NCBI GenBank assembly: GCA_012295275.1
Contig: CM022673.1
Coordinates: forward strand, 25,730,001 to 25,794,000
Direction of reading: 5' to 3'
DNA from: Chrysomallon squamiferum
Lineage: Eukaryota > Animalia > Mollusca
Length of the DNA stretch: 64,000 nt
Of the stretch, positions 50,183 through 62,781 are shown one piece after another (position 1 is the first letter of the stretch; every line of letters begins with the position of its first letter). The notes beneath the pieces are model-generated. The model searched no databases, had not been told where the DNA came from, and saw nothing but the letters and a program-made list of their open reading frames with translations. Position numbers and translations under genes: made by a program.

Positions 50183-51205
50183 GTAAATGGACAAAGTGAT
50201 AGATATATATTTATATCATTAAATACACATTTAGATTAACTCGGAATCAACACGTGCTCTGCTTCTTATCAAACATCTTATCGGATTCTCGGCCTCTTTA
50301 ACTCCAGTGACAAAATGAAGGCTAAAAAAAAAAAAAAAAAAAAGGTCCATTCCTAGGGGCGATGTCAAAATAAACACAGGCCTATCTAAATAATCATTGT
50401 TTCTAATTGATGCAGATATTGTTTCAAGGTAGTTTGTGGGTTTATAAATCATTCTTCAACTGTTAGCCAAAAGTTACCCAACGTAACCTCATTCGACTCT
50501 AAAACGGAAAAAGTACACAAATGTTATTCATATGGAAGACTAGAATATATAAACAGAAATCTTTCTTTTATATTTTATAAAATGTACCAGTTTTGTCTCA
50601 TTTTTCCACTTGATTAAACAGGCCTTATTTCATTATATATAAATTATAATGAACTCCGAAGATTGAGGGACATAATTTTGGTAGTATTACATTTTGAATA
50701 AAAGTGCGCAACATTACGTGAAAAACCTTTGAAACGACCCCCATTTATGCTCTGCATATCAAATGGCGCTCTACTTTATGCACACTGTCGTTTTCTTACT
50801 CATTAGGTCACCTTTGAACTTCTTCTAAACTGAATGTATTTAAAAATGTTACAAAGATCACAAGTGATGTTTTATATAGGGAAATGATGATGATAGCAAA
50901 GCAATGTGGTACTTTTCACTTTACTAAGTTATTGCATCAAAATACAAACTTCTAAATGAACGACATTCAGTATCATCATCATTATTTATATTTTTAATTT
51001 TTTAAAAATATATTTTATATTTTTTTTTTTTAATCGTGCATTATTTCCATTTAAAAAAAAAAAAAAAAATGAAATAAAATAATATTTATGGTTATTTATT
51101 TGTAAGACATTTTTGAACATGTTATTCAAAACAATTTAGTTGTTTCGTTTTTCTATAAAGTCGACACCGTAAAATACGTTTTAATTAATTAATTATTTAT
51201 TTATT

Positions 51206-51263
<58 letters not shown>

Positions 51264-51983
51264 GTTTTCCCCCTTTAAATGAATTTTGTTACGGAATCTA
51301 GCTGTTTGCAAGATGTATGCAAAATACCAGAGCATTTTTAAAAAAGATAACAGCGATTGCGCATGCTCACTATGAGGTCACTTAAAGTACGTGGTTAATG
51401 ACACCGCGGCGAATTCCAACACTAACAGTGTATAGTTGTCAGTCACAGCTGTTTTGTTTTTGTTTTTTATTTATTTTTATTTTTTTACTAACAACATGAA
51501 ACAGAAAATCAGTGTCGGTTTGAGGGCTTTTTATACTGATGAATGCAGTTTTTTTTTTTTTTTTTTTGACACAATCTGCTATTATTTGTCTGTTGATACT
51601 GTAGTTATAGTCTTCGGAATAACGACTAAATATATAAATTATAAATCTGTTTAATTTTGTTTTAGAATAAAAATAAGAATCTTCTGAAGTTTTATTCTCC
51701 ATCCAGTAATCTGTTTAATAATACTGTATATATATATATATATTTTTTTTTCGCTGTTAACAAAGAGTTTTTAATTTATTTTTAAATTAAAGTTTAATTC
51801 ATTTTCTTTACTCTTTCTGTCTGTCTCTGTGTTCTTAAATTAATGAGAATATATTTAATTATTTATTCATTTGTTTATGTGTTTATTTATTTATGTATTT
51901 ATTTGTTTGATTGTTTGTTAATTTATTTGTTTATTTATTATTATTATTTGTTTATTTATTTATTATTATTAATATTATTTATT

Positions 51984-52030
<47 letters not shown>

Positions 52031-52596
52031 CATCATCTTTCTTTTCTCAGCTCCTCCGCAGCTGAGAGACAACGACAGCAACATCTGCTTCTTCGAGCTG
52101 CCTAAAGAAGTATCGAAATACTCTAAAATTAAGAAGGCCGTTCTGTGGATGTACGTGAAACCGTCAACGCGGAAAAAGACTCTCGTCGAGATAAACGTCT
52201 TCAAACTGAAACCTTACTTCGGCAGCCATTCGCAGATGCACGACCACCTGATCTTAAAAAGAAAATACGTCTCGGAGAAAGCTAGGGGCTGGCACCACTT
52301 CGACGTATCGAGGCTCGTACATCGTTGGAAAAACGACCCCGACACAAACTTCGGGCTGCGTCTCACCGCCTTCGACAGCGACAACTCCAATCTGATCATC
52401 ACACCGCCGACTGACAAGAAGACAGAAGGATACGTACGTGTAACTTAAAATAAATTAAATTAATCACGAGCGATCTAGTAATTAATTTACAGCACTTAAA
52501 GTGTGCGAACAGATCCAGGTTTTTATTTAAATAAGTTGATGTGTGTCGTTAGAAGAAGATAAAAAAAAAAAAATATATATATATATATGTAAAACG

Positions 52597-52648
<52 letters not shown>

Positions 52649-53278
52649 GTTTTTTTATTTATTATTATTTATTTATTTATTTTATTTTATTTATTTATTT
52701 TTTTTGTAGAGAACCAAGTAGCCCAGAATCTTTTATTGAAAGTTAGACTTAGAGACAGATTAAATTACGATTAATATAGATTATCATAAATCGAATTTTC
52801 TCGATTCAGTTTATTAAAACATTCATACATTACATGCACGTATATGTTTATATGCACTCATTCTGAAACAATATTCCTTGATTCTCTGTGGGTAATTAAA
52901 AGACAGACGATGCCATACGTAGGACAACTGTAATAAAAACACAGACAATTAGTTAAACTGATATATTTAAAAACGTCACGAACGTAAAGTGCGCGACAGT
53001 TGTTTTACGTTATAAATAGTCAGAGCAGACGCGTAGATAACCTTTAGTCATGTTGTGCAAAACGGACACGATGAGAATTCCTAATTAACCCCGACAGCTG
53101 TGAAGAAACAAACACACTGCTGCTAACATCTACAGTTCTATGTTTGTTAAATAAATTTGGACAAACGACATCATTTATATATGTCCCTTATGGCCCAGTT
53201 GCCCTATTGTTACTATTATAATTATTATTATTTTAAAGTTGGCTATTTCTTTATTTTTATTTCGTTTCGTTTCGGAAA

Positions 53279-53318
<40 letters not shown>

Positions 53319-53767
53319 AAAGTTGAAAGAATTTTAAATAAATATATCAAAACAGCATACAGTTATTTTAATATAATTTTTTTTTTTTTTTTCAGGAACC
53401 AATGATCGAAATCAAAACAGCTCAGTACAGACATCGCTATCGGCGAAGTGTGCCGCTGGTTTGCGGCGAAAATTCGACAGAGACGCGTTGCTGTCGACAT
53501 TCACTGGAAGTAAGCTTTGTTGATTTCGGATGGGACTGGGTTATCGCCCCTAACCATTACAAGGCAGACTACTGCTCCGGAGCCTGTCGGATGCAAATGC
53601 AAGACGAACATAGCCACGCTTATTTACGTTCTCAAGCTACTATGACTGGATCTTGTTGCACGCCGACCAAACTGTCGCCGTTGACGCTGTTGTATTTTGA
53701 TCATTCCCACAACGTTCTCTTCACGTTGTTACAGAACATGAAGGTCAGGAGGTGCGGCTGTACCTAA
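43170..53767 (+). CDS. MSTN: Myostatin/GDF8-GDF11 family TGF-beta ligand precursor, 3 exons, 493 aa
   Basis: Exons 43170-43896, 52051-52433, 53396-53767 (phases 1, 0; 1482 nt, open). Signal peptide, CxxC and RLQAIKNQIMAKL...PNIT latency helix, propeptide (KAVLWMYV, GWHHFDV, W..DPDTNFGL), furin site RYRR, nine-Cys mature domain with TRCCR, FGWDWVIAP, YCSG, CCTPTK, RCGC. Orthologue versus lineage-specific paralogue cannot be settled here. Confidence 0.9.
43944..44004. repeat. (CT)n microsatellite just inside myostatin-like intron 1
   Basis: Direct reading; similar (CT)n tracts at ~45549-45609 and ~50113-50179. Confidence 0.95.
46022..46199. repeat. (AAT/GAT)n trinucleotide microsatellite
   Basis: Direct reading; further (AAT)n tracts at ~35433-35486, 38130-38203, 48608-48790, 51216-51262, 52598-52648, 53843-53891. 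Confidence 0.95.
46245..46390 (+). mobile_element. Degenerate SINE fragment resembling a gastropod SINE core
   Basis: tatcgtgtcgatgggaaggtccttataaaatatcgcttattgctaactgaaaaagtgtagcccat resembles, from memory only, an abundant gastropod SINE body; no pol III A/B boxes visible. Confidence 0.4.
49460..49575. repeat. ~39-40 bp minisatellite, 3 copies
   Basis: aaataa-tattaaaa-agcaacataatttct-ttttggg repeated. Confidence 0.85.
52051..52433 (+). CDS. MSTN: Myostatin-like exon 2 (propeptide)
   Basis: cttttctcag acceptor, TAC|gtacgt donor; within ORF 51843..52448. Confidence 0.92.
53396..53767 (+). CDS. MSTN: Myostatin-like exon 3 (furin site and mature cystine-knot domain)
   Basis: poly-T-cag acceptor; contains ORF 53402..53767; mature domain starts at 53447. 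Confidence 0.95.
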   Translation, partial: EPMIEIKTAQYRHRYRRSVPLVCGENSTETRCCRHSLEVSFVDFGWDWVIAPNHYKADYCSGACRMQMQDEHSHAYLRSQATMTGSCCTPTKLSPLTLLYFDHSHNVLFTLLQNMKVRRCGCT

Positions 53768-53841
53768 GCGTGATTTAAAACTATCCTTTCAGTGAAATCC
53801 AAAAGCATTTTTTTTTTTTTTTCTTCTTCGTTTGTTTTCTC

Positions 53842-53891
<50 letters not shown>

Positions 53892-56735
53892 GAAACAGCT
53901 TAAACATTTTTTTGCAGAAATTGGGAGAAAACGAACAACAAAAAAAAAAAAAAAAAAAAAAAATCTTATTAAATGCTTCTGTTAGGCATTTTGTATTATT
54001 TTTGACTGATTGTTACTGTTTATAATGAACATTTACTTATATTTGTGCATTTATAACATTCAGATGTGATACTTCTATTTAAAGTTTCAGTTCTGGACTG
54101 GCGGTGTGTGATGCTCTCAAAAGAGCGAGCAAAATAGGGCGCAAGTTTGAATTTTTGCCTTTTTTGAACCAAGTCTTTCAGGAACGTTGTGCGAGTTGGC
54201 GGTATCGACAGAGAACCATGATTCCTGGTAAAGTCTGTACTAGTACAAGCAAAATCCAGGGTTGTCCTGCTTTTGTAATTAAAAAGCCGTACAACAAATA
54301 CGTTCGTATTATGGTATAGAATTCATGTAAGGCACCGTCCTAAGGTGCCCATTTTTTGTTGATATATATAGACGCTATTTGATAGCATATATTTTTAATG
54401 AGTCAGAATTATTATATCGTATGTTTGTAGAGACCATTTGGTATATGTAACACTGAATATAATTAACTCCAGCGTAATGCAGGCAGGTCTGTAACAAATG
54501 ACAAGCTTATCTCACCATGCCACGATTAAAAGTAGTTGCTGTTCCTTTGTGACAGATAAAGTTACTGTCAACGTAATATTTGATGCTTTTCAAACGATCT
54601 GAAACCCTTTTTGTAGCATGTGTTTTAATAACCAAAATAAATCAATGTATAGTCATGATTTTACTGATAATTAAACGAGTTTAAGGTATACGTAAATTTG
54701 AAAGATGAACATTTTAAAAACAAATATTAATAATGAATATTAAAGTAAAATAAGCAATTAGGTACGCAATAACTAAGTAATTAAGTAATAATAATAAATA
54801 AATAAAAATACCTTTATTTTATCGTAACATAATATAAAAAGAAAGAAAGAAACAAAAATAACCTTATTTGGTCGTAACATATTTGGTCATAACGTATGTC
54901 TGTTTGCCAGTGCTGAACATACACAAACTGTTTCTGTTCTACAATGTAAAAGATAAGCTCTCTGACTTTCGATGTATTGATTATGTAACGTTATGTCCGA
55001 TCTTTTCGGACGTAGTCGGAAGCGCTGGAAATAGAAATATTTCCAAGAACCGAATGATTATCAGATTGCTGTATTTGAACAAGTAGCTATGTAGATAATA
55101 ATATTGAAAATAAACACACGTTTTTAGAGGCCTTCACCTGTAACGAAGGAAAACGTATGACCTTATTATTCGTGACACGAAGGCGCGAATCCACACTGAG
55201 AAATAGCAACGATGTTCTAAGTGAACTAATTTATTTAAAAATTGATGTAGTAATATTAATTTCTTATTTTGGTGCGTTTGTTGGGTAATTATTTCTCCAG
55301 GTAGCTGCTTGTTTTTCTCTGTATTTAAATTCAGAATAGCAGATATATATATATATATATATTACAGATAACTGTACTGACCATTAAACACAGATGTCCT
55401 CCCAAAAGACAAATGTCCCGTAAAACAACTCAAGAGGTCGCTGAACACATTACTAATTATCTGCCTTTCATCTTGGATAACTCATTTGATAAATAACGGA
55501 ACACTCTCCGATAACTCAGTAAAGAAATTCATAATAACATCAAAAAAGAAGATCAAAGCTGCTGAAAATGTCTGGATTCCTTTAGCAGATTACGATTTGA
55601 TTCCTGAAGTTGACAGTGTGGAATTGATAGATGTAAGAAAAAATAAATACAGAAATGAATACTGGGCATTAACAAAAGTACTGTTCTAAGATTAGACGAT
55701 TTATAAAGCTGAACCAGACCTGCAGACAGGGTTGCAGTTATGACTGAAGCAGCACTGTTAAAGCAAACGCGTTTGTAAATTATACTTTATATAGTCCAGT
55801 TATCTAATTTGACATTCTTATGGGACGTCGGTCTTTTGGGAAGGAACCAAACTATACCCTGTATAACTGCAGTTTTGTTTTCACAGGTTACAGTCGTACT
55901 TAATGTTACTGCTTCTGATGCAGTTTTGGGATCCTTATCTTTTCACAAACGTGTTCCGTAATAATCAGTTATTTTCAAATGTGTTGCTGCTTTTCAGATG
56001 CAAGCAGCAGCGAATCATTAGAAATTTCACGTCTCTGTTTTATGTCACGATATATTTTTGCTTCAGTGTGTGTGGAAAATCGTCTTCCTGTTTTAATTAA
56101 CAGAATTTGAAAGCGAAAAAAAAAAAGTTGTTTGTATAAGCATAATTATGTTTATGATTGATTTGGCTTGAGTATTTGAAAGCGTAAAAAAAACAACCCC
56201 ATATATTTATATATTATAATAATAGTAATAATTAGCTGTGTAAGCATATTTGTGTTCATGATTGATCTGATCTGAGATGAGTATCTTAATCTTAAACTTT
56301 TTTCTTTTTTTCGTATCTTATATGGAAAAAAAGAAAAAAGACATTTGTTCTATGTGATATATATATAATTGTGTTGTCATAAATCTGTAACCTTGTCTAG
56401 CTGGTATAAATGTTTGTTGTATATTGTTAATTCCACTTTTCTCTCTCGATCATTTTTATTATTATTATTATTATTATTTATTTTATTTTTTTAATTTACT
56501 TTGACGAAATCATTAAAATAGTGAATTAATTCCACAGCAACTGTCTAAAATCAGAAAAAACAAATTTGAAAAAAAAGAAGTTCTTATACTATTATTAAAA
56601 ATATCAGCTTAGAAAGCATGCTCATATTTATTTGAAAGTAATACAAAAATATTTGGACATCACTAGAGATATATATTTTCGTTTTACTCTGATTTTTTAT
56701 TTGATTTTTTATTTATTATATATATAATATTATTA

Positions 56736-56782
<47 letters not shown>

Positions 56783-56896
56783 TTTTATTTTAATTTATTT
56801 TTCTTACTGTTACTTCTTGCAAAATACATGTAAAATACAAACTCTAAACATATAACAGGCGACTAAATTTTACAAATAATTAATATTAACATTTAA

Positions 56897-56936
<40 letters not shown>

Positions 56937-57084
56937 GCATGCAGACCTTTGTCTCAGTAAACTTTTAATGCGTATGACCTGAATTCACGAGTCAAGGATT
57001 GCGTTTTGAAAATAATCGTCAGCTACAGCGGAAGTATGTGACAACGATAATGTAAAACGTCACATCTCATTTTGACCAATGAAA

Positions 57085-57155
57085 GGGCGACACGGGTTTC
57101 CTTTGAGTGGTCCTTAACTATAATTATTCCGACCTAAATATAACCGGAAATGAAA
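57085..57155 (+). mobile_element. Degenerate SINE 3' fragment, probably the same family as 46245-46390
   Basis: ggcgacacgggtttcct...gtggtccttaac...tccgac...atataaccggaaatgaaa recognised from memory only. Confidence 0.35.
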
Positions 57156-57509
57156 GATTAATTTATGAATTATGAATTCATTGGGATAGAAACAAAATAA
57201 TATCAAAACTGCAAACAGTGCTTTTTATTATTATTATTATTTTTTTTTTTTTTTTTTTTTAGTGGCAGTGATTCTAATAAACTGAAATTCTTGAATAAAA
57301 CGTGCTTATGAATAGGAAAGAAATTAGGTACGTTTTAACTCTCGGTCTGCACTCAGATTCGGGTCATAGTTCATTTAAGAAATGTTAGGTCAGAATTAGT
57401 AAATTAAGTTAACCGAAATTAACTGTACAATTTTAAATACAGCGTGAAGCAATATACATATCTTTTTATTTTTTGTTCTGTGGACTTGAGTTTTTCTTTA
57501 AGATAAAGA

Positions 57510-57772
57510 TTCTTATAAGCTTGCGTATTTACCAAATACAATTGTAAGTTGTAAGAAACCTGCTATTTACATCATCGCTGTTACAGCTTCTAAAAAGTCT
57601 GAAAATTTACATGATCGCAGCTATATAACTTTAAGAAACGTGCCTATTTACATAGTCATAATTGTAGGTTGCAAGAAGTACAGAGTATTTGCATAGTTAT
57701 AATTATAGTTGTAAGAAGTACGGAGTATTTACATAGTCATAATTATAGGTTGTAAGAAGTACTGCGTATTTT
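57510..57772. repeat. ~40-41 bp minisatellite, ~6 copies with a divergence gradient
   Basis: Unit tgtaagaagtacggagtatttacatagtcataattataggt; right-hand copies nearly identical, left-hand copies decayed. Confidence 0.85.
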
Positions 57773-60700
57773 ATAGCTTCTCAACCCATTCTGTTAAAAG
57801 TGTTAGAAACATAATTTAAGTCGTGACATTTCGAAGGATAATCTTCCTCTGCAGTCTAGGATTTTGTATAATCTTATAGATTTCTTAATGGTTGTACGCC
57901 ATAATCTTGCAATCTCTATATGACGGGAACAATGACAAGTTTTCCGTTTCATTAATGTTTTAGTACAACGTATACTCAGTTATTTCAAATGACGTTATTC
58001 AAAAATGTCGTCTATTTGTCTCTTAACGAAAACACGTAGTAACTACGTAGTTTTTCATGCAAAGGCGTTATGTTTTGTTTTGTTTTATTTATTTTATTCT
58101 GTTTTCTGTTGTTGGGATTTATTTATTTATTTATGTTTACAACCAAACCAAAATTTTTATTATTTTATGCTGTGAGTAATCAACTTCAAAAGTCATTGAA
58201 TAATTCTTTACGAGTTCTTATAAGCAAAGAGAAGATGCATTTTTCTTGGACTCATAGATTTGTTGGAATCTTTATTCGTCTTTGAATTCTGATATTGGAA
58301 AACTGATATTGTGAAATTGTGCAACTACGACTGTTAAGCTTTTCTTTTCATGATTTACTCCGCTGAAGCTGTCATTATATCTACTTTTAAAGAATGAAGT
58401 AAAGTAGGATAATTATGTAATTATTCAAATTCCCACAAACTCTGCCTGTATAAAAAAAAAAAAACTACTAAAACACAACATTTTTAATCTTTTACTTAAA
58501 GATGACTATATTTCACCCAAGGTGCCTTTGACTACTATAAAATTTACTTTAGAATATAGGTATGGTTCATTTTGTTCTTTTGTGAATAATTTGAATTTAA
58601 CCATTTGTCCATCGTGCCTTGAAAGAGAAATTACAAACTTGATAGCAGATGTAAAGATCATTCTGCAAACTCTTGGTACACAATACCTATTATTCAACAT
58701 GAGAGAAAAACAAATAAAAAAAATTGAGTAATAATTTAAATACTTTTTTTTTCCCCAAAAAAAATGAAGTATAAAAATAAATAAATAGTAAGTAAAAAGT
58801 AAAATAAAAAACAAAAGAAATTTAAAAAGAAAAAATAAAATAAAATAAAATAATATATAAAAAAAAGAAATAAAATAATCGAATAAGTAAAATATATAAA
58901 ATGACATGTAATAATTGTCGCCAATTTTGAAACTTCTTCGTATTACAAGCTTTGTTCAGTTTTCAGCCAATAAATTTCGTCATTGATGTCACGTGATATT
59001 CATTTTATTAACATGTCGTATAAGAAACATTCATTAACTTTTTTTTTTCTTTTGTCGTTATTGCTAAATGCGTCGTGTTTAATTAGCAGAGAAGGTGTTA
59101 AACTGCTATTATTGATGTTGTAAGAACAGTATTATATCTCTTTTGTGTTTGCTCTGTCACTATCGAATACTGAAATGTATTTTAGTGCAAATACTATAAT
59201 GACTATAGAAATAAAGAAAACATGTTGAAAATGCTGTGGATTAATGTTGTTGTAATTATAACACCTCCACTCATTAATAAAACTTCGCAATTAATCACAC
59301 GTGTTCACTGCTGTAGCGTAATCTGTCGATTTTTTCTTTCAGTTGTCTGAAGGTTACGCGAAATTGTTTTACAAAAATTAATTAAACTCGTATATAGTCC
59401 AAATCATATTACTTGTCGACAGTACTAATACTGTGATCTGGACAGATGAATAGCAGCTTTTATCGATATTAACCTTTAGATTGTGACCTGACTTCGTTAA
59501 AATTCGTATTTACTCCCAACATATAAAATCACTCTCTAAATCATTTTTAAAATGAATAAATAAAAAAAATAATAAAAAAAAAATAATAAAATAAATATAA
59601 TAAAAATATAATAAGTATAAAATAAATGAAATATATAAAAAAGTAGTAGTAGTAGTAGTAGTAGTAGTAATAATAATAATAATAATAATAGCGCGCATAA
59701 TTTAATAGTATGCACAAGCTTTATTTTTTTTTGTACCGTTTTGTAACCAACTGAAAATTAGATAAATAAATTACCAATTATTCAGTGTTTATAACACCGT
59801 GAAAATATAATCCACCATCGAAAGGCAAAACAAGAAATGAAAAAGCTTTAACACGAAATTTCTACGAAGCTGAACAACATTTACAAAATAAAATAAAGAA
59901 AAAAAAACTATTGCGCCTTTTGACTTCCTCTTCCTAATGATTTCCAGTAAAAACCAAATTTAATTTTAAATCCATAAATATTATGATTAAAAAAATAATA
60001 ATAAAAAGAAGCTAACAAAACTACAAACAAACAAAAAATTTAATGCCAGGAGTGGAAATTTTTTAAAAATTTTATTGTAAAAAAAAAAAATAATAATAAT
60101 AATAAAATAAATAAAACATCATTGTAACAAAATTCAGGGGCGTTTCTGCAGAGTTATCTGTTTTTGAGTTCATTACTTGAGTCAGCTTGTGCTCAACTTC
60201 CAAACTTTTACCACAGTAAATGATCACATTTTTTAGGTGAGACTGGTTATAATAGGAAATTTGGGGCCCTTAAGGATGAAGGGTCCAAATATCATAACAT
60301 CTGAAGGGAGTTGTAACACACTTACTTACAACTGAATACCTCAAACAAAAATGTTTGGATTATTAAACTTTAACCAAGAATTAAAGAAAAAATGTAAACT
60401 TAGAAATAAAATAAAATACAAGGGTGAACAAGGAAGAGAAAGGACTGTTAAAAAATGTGATACTTTTATTTACTAGAGAAACAAAATAGTTTGTCCAAAT
60501 TAGATAACTAAATGGACTCTTTGAATATCAATGTTTTTTATATAATTTTTTTATATTATGAATTCCAAAATAGAAAGTATGCAAATATAGAACATTGTGT
60601 TTAATTTTAATAATGATTTATTAGTTCTGATATGAACAATTTCTTTTTTTTTTTTTTTTCTTTTTTTTTCTTTTGGATAATAGCTGAGAAACAAAACAAA

Positions 60701-61599
60701 AATAATTACAATTTTATATCTGTAAAAAAGGATCAATCGTGGGTTATAAATGCCATGTTTATTACTAATTGTAATTAGAAAATGATCAGATCTGGAAAAC
60801 ATATCACGATTTTTATTATTAACCAGAATTCAAAAAGGATCAGTTTGTGGGTGTTAAATACCATGTTTATTTTTGATCAGAACTAACAATAGTTTCACTT
60901 CTAAAAACCACACATTCAGATGTCAAATAATTTAGATATTTCTTCTTATATATATATATATAAATAAATAAAACAGCTAATTGGGTTATAATTGATCTCA
61001 GCATAATCTACAAGATATACAGCTTTTGTTTCTGACATTAGAAATGTCTATGTGAATTTTCTTTGACAAACCATATTTTGCATATCTTATGGTAAATATA
61101 TTTGAAAAAAGACCTGAAATGATCATAAATGTATTTCAAATGAAGTTGTGAAAAAAATAAAGCATACAGTGAAAAGATCATTAAGTGTAAAGATACTCAT
61201 AAAACAGATTATTAAAATTTTAATGTAACAGAAAAGTAAGATATTGTCTCAGAGTATTAGATGGCCCCATCAAAACATATATATGTATGTGTGAATGTTT
61301 GTAATTATAAACATATACATACGTACATAATTATATAGTCATCTAACAGATAAATACTGGTGTTAACATATTTATTTCTGCAGGCTAAACTTAAATAAAA
61401 ATCCTAAAACTCAGAATATATTAATTTATTTTTAACTGATATTAATCAATAAAAATAATAATAATTTAAAAATAATTTATTAAACCAAAAATATTCTGAA
61501 ATTATTGTTAAGCAAATGACCACAAAATCAAATGATTTGTTTAAAGATATTTTTTTTTTTCTAACTTTCAACTCATAAAATTTTAAAGATGAAAATAGA

Positions 61600-61955
61600 A
61601 TAATCAAACAACCATTATCAAGTAGTTTATTAGCCATACCAATCCTTTTTCTTTCCCTTATTTAGATGTAACAAAACATCAAGACAATAAATTGTTTAAA
61701 ATAAAATAAATAATGAAACAACCATTATCAAGTAGATTATTAACCACCTCACCCTATTTATCTCCCTTGTTTAAATGTAACAAAAGATCAAGATTATATT
61801 CTTAAGACTAAAATAATAAAAAAAATAATAATGAAACACCAGTTTATTGATTATAACAACCTAGTTCTCTCCCTTATTTAAATGTAACAAAATGACGAAG
61901 TTTATAAAATGTTTAAAAATTAAAATAAATTAAATAATGAAAACACCATTGTGAA
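61600..61955. repeat. ~110-118 bp tandem repeat, ~3 copies, downstream of ABITRAM
   Basis: aaacaaccattatcaagtag...tcccttattta-atgtaacaaaa...aaataatg recurs at ~61606, 61716, 61834. Confidence 0.85.
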
Positions 61956-62610
61956 GGCAGTCTATTAAACATGCCATTCTTTGTCAGTTTCTTGTTCACT
62001 GAATTGTCTGGTCCTTTTTGCTGATGGTTAAAGATCCTGATGGATTTCTACACATTTCTGCTTGTAACTGAAACTGTCAACTTTGCTGTTGCTGCTGCTG
62101 GGATTGGTCAATGAAAAAACCTCACTGATGACTGGGAAGTAAGTTTCTTCTCCTACAAATCACAGTCTTCCTCCAGTATTCAAAAGGAGTACATACTCCT
62201 CCACACACAGCCTGATACTAACCAATCTCTGTAATGAACAGAAATCTATTTTAAATAACATAATCAAACTCTCTTTAAACAATCATAATATATACATTTT
62301 TCATTTTTAAATAAACATGTATCTTAGTCAACAATATAGAATCAAGTTATTTTAAAGCAGTCATTCCCAAAATGTGATATACTGTTTTTATTATAGATAT
62401 GTATAAAGCCAATCTAATTTTTAATAATTCAAAAAAAATAAAACAAAGACACAAACCAAATATATAAAACAAAATTACAAATTCTCTCTTCCAGAAATAA
62501 AAATAGATTAAAACAAATTATCTATCAAGTATTTCACAAAGAAAATTATCATAAAATACACTAATATCAAACGATTTGAGAACATTAATTTTTTACATTA
62601 TAAATTACTG

Positions 62611-62781
62611 TTAAACTTCTGATTTCGGACTTGTTGGTGTTGTTGTTGCTGTTGCTGTTGTTGTTGTTTTACGTTGATGTATTGCTGCCTGGTATTCATC
62701 TTCAGACAGAAGTTTTGACATTTCTCGCTCATAATCATGCAACACAGGAAGAACAATTGCTATATAGCCTTCAGTCAATGG
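62611..62781 (-). CDS. ABITRAM: ABITRAM last coding exon
   Basis: ttttcacag acceptor; 57 codons including TAA at 62613-62611. Confidence 0.9.
   Translation of the reverse strand, partial: PLTEGYIAIVLPVLHDYEREMSKLLSEDEYQAAIHQRKTTTTATATTTPTSPKSEV

Noticed and set aside
54240-54350. Small hairpins in the myostatin-like 3' region (ggcacc/ggtgcc) as a SECIS or Helitron end
   Set aside because: Stems are only 6-8 bp, the CDS has no in-frame TGA, and no CTRR terminus follows the hairpin
61960-62228. GC-richer block as an additional coding exon or separate gene
   Set aside because: All three minus-strand frames from the acceptor stop within ~25 codons; better explained as ABITRAM 3' UTR
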